Below are positions 47,623 through 50,184 of a stretch of DNA of 50,184 bases, piece by piece. The stretch spans positions 1 to 50,184 of the forward strand of contig JBEKTQ010000026.1 in the NCBI GenBank assembly GCA_049515895.1. The letters are read 5' to 3'. Position 1 is the stretch's first letter. The number at the start of each line of letters is the position of its first letter. The notes below the pieces were generated by a model that was not told the DNA's origin, searched no databases, and worked only from the letters and a program-made list of their open reading frames with translations. The translations under genes were made by a program, and so were the position numbers. This DNA is from Candidatus Bathyarchaeia archaeon. GTDB taxonomy: Archaea > Thermoproteota > Bathyarchaeia > Bathyarchaeales > Bathycorpusculaceae.

Positions 47623-48618
47623 CTAAAACGTCAATAGCACATAAACCACAAAGAAGGCTAATCCGAAAACCAGACCGTACCACGGTATTCTCTTTCTGGA
47701 GACAAAGAAAAGCATCAAAAGTGAGACGACCGAAGTGGCTAGAACGCTCAGATAAACTTGGGTATCCAGCGTCCATGAAGTAACAAACAGCCCGATCGCA
47801 GGGTACAGAGTGGAATAAAGGACTTTCTCGCCAACCAGTGACCCTATGCTTAACGTGTCTTTTCCTCTAAAACCCCAGATCAAAGCGCTTGCGGTCTCTG
47901 GAACGGCTGTTGCGGCGGGTATCACAATTATCGCCAATCCCAACACGCTGACTCCAAAGCTGACGGCTATTTGGTTTACGGCAGCAACCAACTGGCTTGC
48001 TCCAAAATAGAGGATAACAACTGAAACAATCAACTGGACAAAACCAGCAATCTCTCTTTTTGGGAGAACTCGATAAAAGTAAGGTTGCTCAGCTTCGCTG
48101 ATGGCTTCAAGCGACCGTCTTTTGTACATTATTGTTAGGTAAATCAGATATGAGCTTAGGAAAATTAACCCAAAAACAAAACGCACCAACATGGACGAGA
48201 AGAAAGAGGGTAAAAGAGTCAACGGAAACAGGATCGTAACGAAAATAAATGGGATCGCTAAGGTGCGGCTTACTTCCATGTAACCGTGGTTTCGCTTCTT
48301 TAAGAAGAAACTTAACAGAACCAAAACCCCGACCAAACCATACGAGAGACTAGAAGCCATAAACGGCTGACCAAATATTGTGCCCACACCTATTGCAGAG
48401 CCGTTGGCTCCTCCAAACTCAAAAACAGCGATTAACAGAATGATGAGTTCAGGAAGCGAAGTGAAAAGCGGAGACAAAATTGCTCCAACAAAAGAGCTGC
48501 CCATTTTGTATCTGTAACCCAGAAACTCGATGGAGTTAACGTACAACATAGCAGAAACAAGAACAGTCAGAATGCTGAATATCAAGAGCAGAACGGAGTT
48601 TATCATTGCAATTTTCAA
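47623..48618 (-). CDS. Sodium/calcium exchanger family membrane protein
   Basis: TSLPE and TAVPE alpha-repeats; about 10 TM segments. Confidence 0.88.
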   Translation of the reverse strand: MKIAMINSVLLLIFSILTVLVSAMLYVNSIEFLGYRYKMGSSFVGAILSPLFTSLPELIILLIAVFEFGGANGSAIGVGTIFGQPFMASSLSYGLVGVLVLLSFFLKKRNHGYMEVSRTLAIPFIFVTILFPLTLLPSFFSSMLVRFVFGLIFLSSYLIYLTIMYKRRSLEAISEAEQPYFYRVLPKREIAGFVQLIVSVVILYFGASQLVAAVNQIAVSFGVSVLGLAIIVIPAATAVPETASALIWGFRGKDTLSIGSLVGEKVLYSTLYPAIGLFVTSWTLDTQVYLSVLATSVVSLLMLFFVSRKRIPWYGLVFGLAFFVVYVLLTF

Positions 48619-48734
48619 GTTGAACCGAAGGTCTATATCTGTTTATCTTTTCTTGCTAGTGTAGTGGTAGTGTGTGCTAGCCACAATGCTTAATGTTTCT
48701 GGGCGAGAATATTTTGACAAACTCGTAGCTTTAG

Positions 48735-49052
48735 GTGGTGAATGTTTTGGTGAAGAAAGAAATGGATCCGTTGGTGGCGGCGTCTAATGTTTACAAGTGC
48801 TTAAATGAGAATGAAAAGGTGCGTGTTTTGGAGGTAGTTTTTAAGCCGAATGACGTTGCGAAGATGCATCATCATCCTGACCACGTGGTCTATGCTTTGA
48901 AGGGCGGCAAGGCAAGCTTTAATTCTGGAGGTAAGACTCAAGAGATGGACATTAAGACTGGTTCGGTGCTTTTCCTCGATGCGCAAGATCATGAAGTGAA
49001 GAACATTGGAAAGACAACGTTAGACCTAATAGTAATGGAACTGAAGAAGTAA
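48735..49052 (+). CDS. Cupin-domain protein
   Basis: MHHHPDHVVY...HEVKNIG. Confidence 0.85.
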   Translation: MVNVLVKKEMDPLVAASNVYKCLNENEKVRVLEVVFKPNDVAKMHHHPDHVVYALKGGKASFNSGGKTQEMDIKTGSVLFLDAQDHEVKNIGKTTLDLIVMELKK

Positions 49053-49103
49053 TCTTCGGCTTCTTTTTGTAGCTTCTTGCAGAAGCAACCACAAAATAAA
49101 TGT

Positions 49104-49129
49104 ACCAATTTCGGGACAAACCAGCGCGT
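49104..49129 (-). repeat. Solo GCGCGC-type element end
   Basis: Reverse complement reads ACGCGCTGGTTTGTCCCGAAATTGGT. Confidence 0.7.
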
Positions 49130-49210
49130 ACTTGGTTAGCAATTCAGATTAGTAGTTCATAAAACATACTAATCGGATTTCTCAATGATGGATGAGAAGG
49201 AAACCTGAAT

Positions 49211-50184
49211 ATGCAAAGAGGTCGACTAAAGGCAAGCTTAATCCTTACCGTGCTTGTAATATGCTTCATTTTTCCAGTTTTGAAGCCTGTACATGCTCAG
49301 GAAGCTGGCTATTCACATATGTGTTACATGACTTATACTGTCCCAACGATTAATGGACAGTGGAGTTCAGACTGGAACAGTGGTTTGCAAACCACTTTTG
49401 GAGCGAACGCCGCTTTTACTGACGAATGGTACCTGGCCGCGACTAATCCCGAAACTGTTTATTATTACCTCATGATCGAGACCATGGATAACACGAATGA
49501 CTCAAAGGATTTTATCCAAATAAACTTGGACGGCGGCATGACCGCTGATTCCGCTCCCACATCAACTGATTTTGCAATAAATTTCACGAGTAATGCGGTC
49601 TGCACGTGGTATCAAGGAAATGGTGTAGGATGGACTAAAATAGCCACGCCAACATCGGATGTCTTCCAATGGGGCGAATCGTTTGGTTCATCACCGACAT
49701 ACCAAACACCACATTTGATACTTGAATTGAGTCTGTTAAAAACCTCAACAGTACTTGGGGGTACACAAATTCTTGGTCCAGAATTTTGGATGCTTATCGA
49801 AACCTACGACGCGAACTCTGCTGGCTATGGGCTTCAATCGTGGCCCGCCGTGCCATCTTCTAACCCCGACGTCCCAAGTACTTATGGAGATATACCATAT
49901 ACGAGGACGGTAAACCCTGCTTCCACGCCTACTTCGACATCTTCCTCAGCACCCACTCCGCCTCCAACACCCAATCCGACTCTAGCACGCACTCCTAGTC
50001 CAACGCCATCACCTAGTCCAAGTTCGTCACCCACATCATCACGAACTCCCACTCCTACTCCATCTCCCACGACTGCCCATCCGAATTCCGATACTCAAAC
50101 ATCAAGTTTTGGGGATACTCTTTTCATATTAGGGGTTATAGGAATGGAAACCTTAATTGTGGCAACTCATCAAGCCTCCGGCAG
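49211..50184 (+). CDS. Exported surface protein with Pro/Ser/Thr linker, truncated by the window end
   Basis: Not in the track: MQRGRLKASLILTVLVICFIFPVLKPVHAQEAGY...VPTINGQWSSDW...; PT-rich linker, then a hydrophobic segment. Confidence 0.8.
   Translation, partial: MQRGRLKASLILTVLVICFIFPVLKPVHAQEAGYSHMCYMTYTVPTINGQWSSDWNSGLQTTFGANAAFTDEWYLAATNPETVYYYLMIETMDNTNDSKDFIQINLDGGMTADSAPTSTDFAINFTSNAVCTWYQGNGVGWTKIATPTSDVFQWGESFGSSPTYQTPHLILELSLLKTSTVLGGTQILGPEFWMLIETYDANSAGYGLQSWPAVPSSNPDVPSTYGDIPYTRTVNPASTPTSTSSSAPTPPPTPNPTLARTPSPTPSPSPSSSPTSSRTPTPTPSPTTAHPNSDTQTSSFGDTLFILGVIGMETLIVATHQASG

Noticed and set aside
759-50070. Many short antisense or overlapping ORFs in the track (e.g. 3655..4146, 21686..22108, 25111..25494, 31800..32153, 49882..50070)
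   Set aside because: Shadows of well-supported genes on the other strand or frame, with no recognisable motifs.

Overview
Archaeal DNA, most consistent with Bathyarchaeia (inferred from archaeal TBP, a Cren7-like protein, an eL22-like protein and a PEF-CTERM surface protein). There are three zones. (1) 1-20.3 kb is an accessory/defence island: a DDE transposase, a NUDIX gene coupled to a RelA/SpoT-TPR-SLOG-RyR-KaiC-like multidomain gene, a convergent membrane receptor-like beta-propeller/TIR gene, a complete Lamassu/ABC-three-component locus, and an orphan viral packaging module with a probable -1 programmed frameshift. (2) 20.4-38.2 kb is mostly housekeeping (prs, Trm11-type methyltransferase, rnz, Lhr helicase, pyk, tbp, pyrE), interrupted by toxin-antitoxin cassettes separated by four tRNA-3'-end repeats. 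(3) 38.3-50.2 kb is a second accessory region: a tyrosine-recombinase segment bounded by 45-bp inverted repeats, decayed HEPN/AbiV genes, a MITE and surface proteins. The best candidates for undescribed biology are the TIR-receptor plus SLOG-alarmone synthetase plus NUDIX circuit, the tRNA-fragment-delimited cassette array, the invertible recombinase segment, and a GCGCGC-ended IS/MITE family. All family assignments come from reading motifs by eye; no searches were run.
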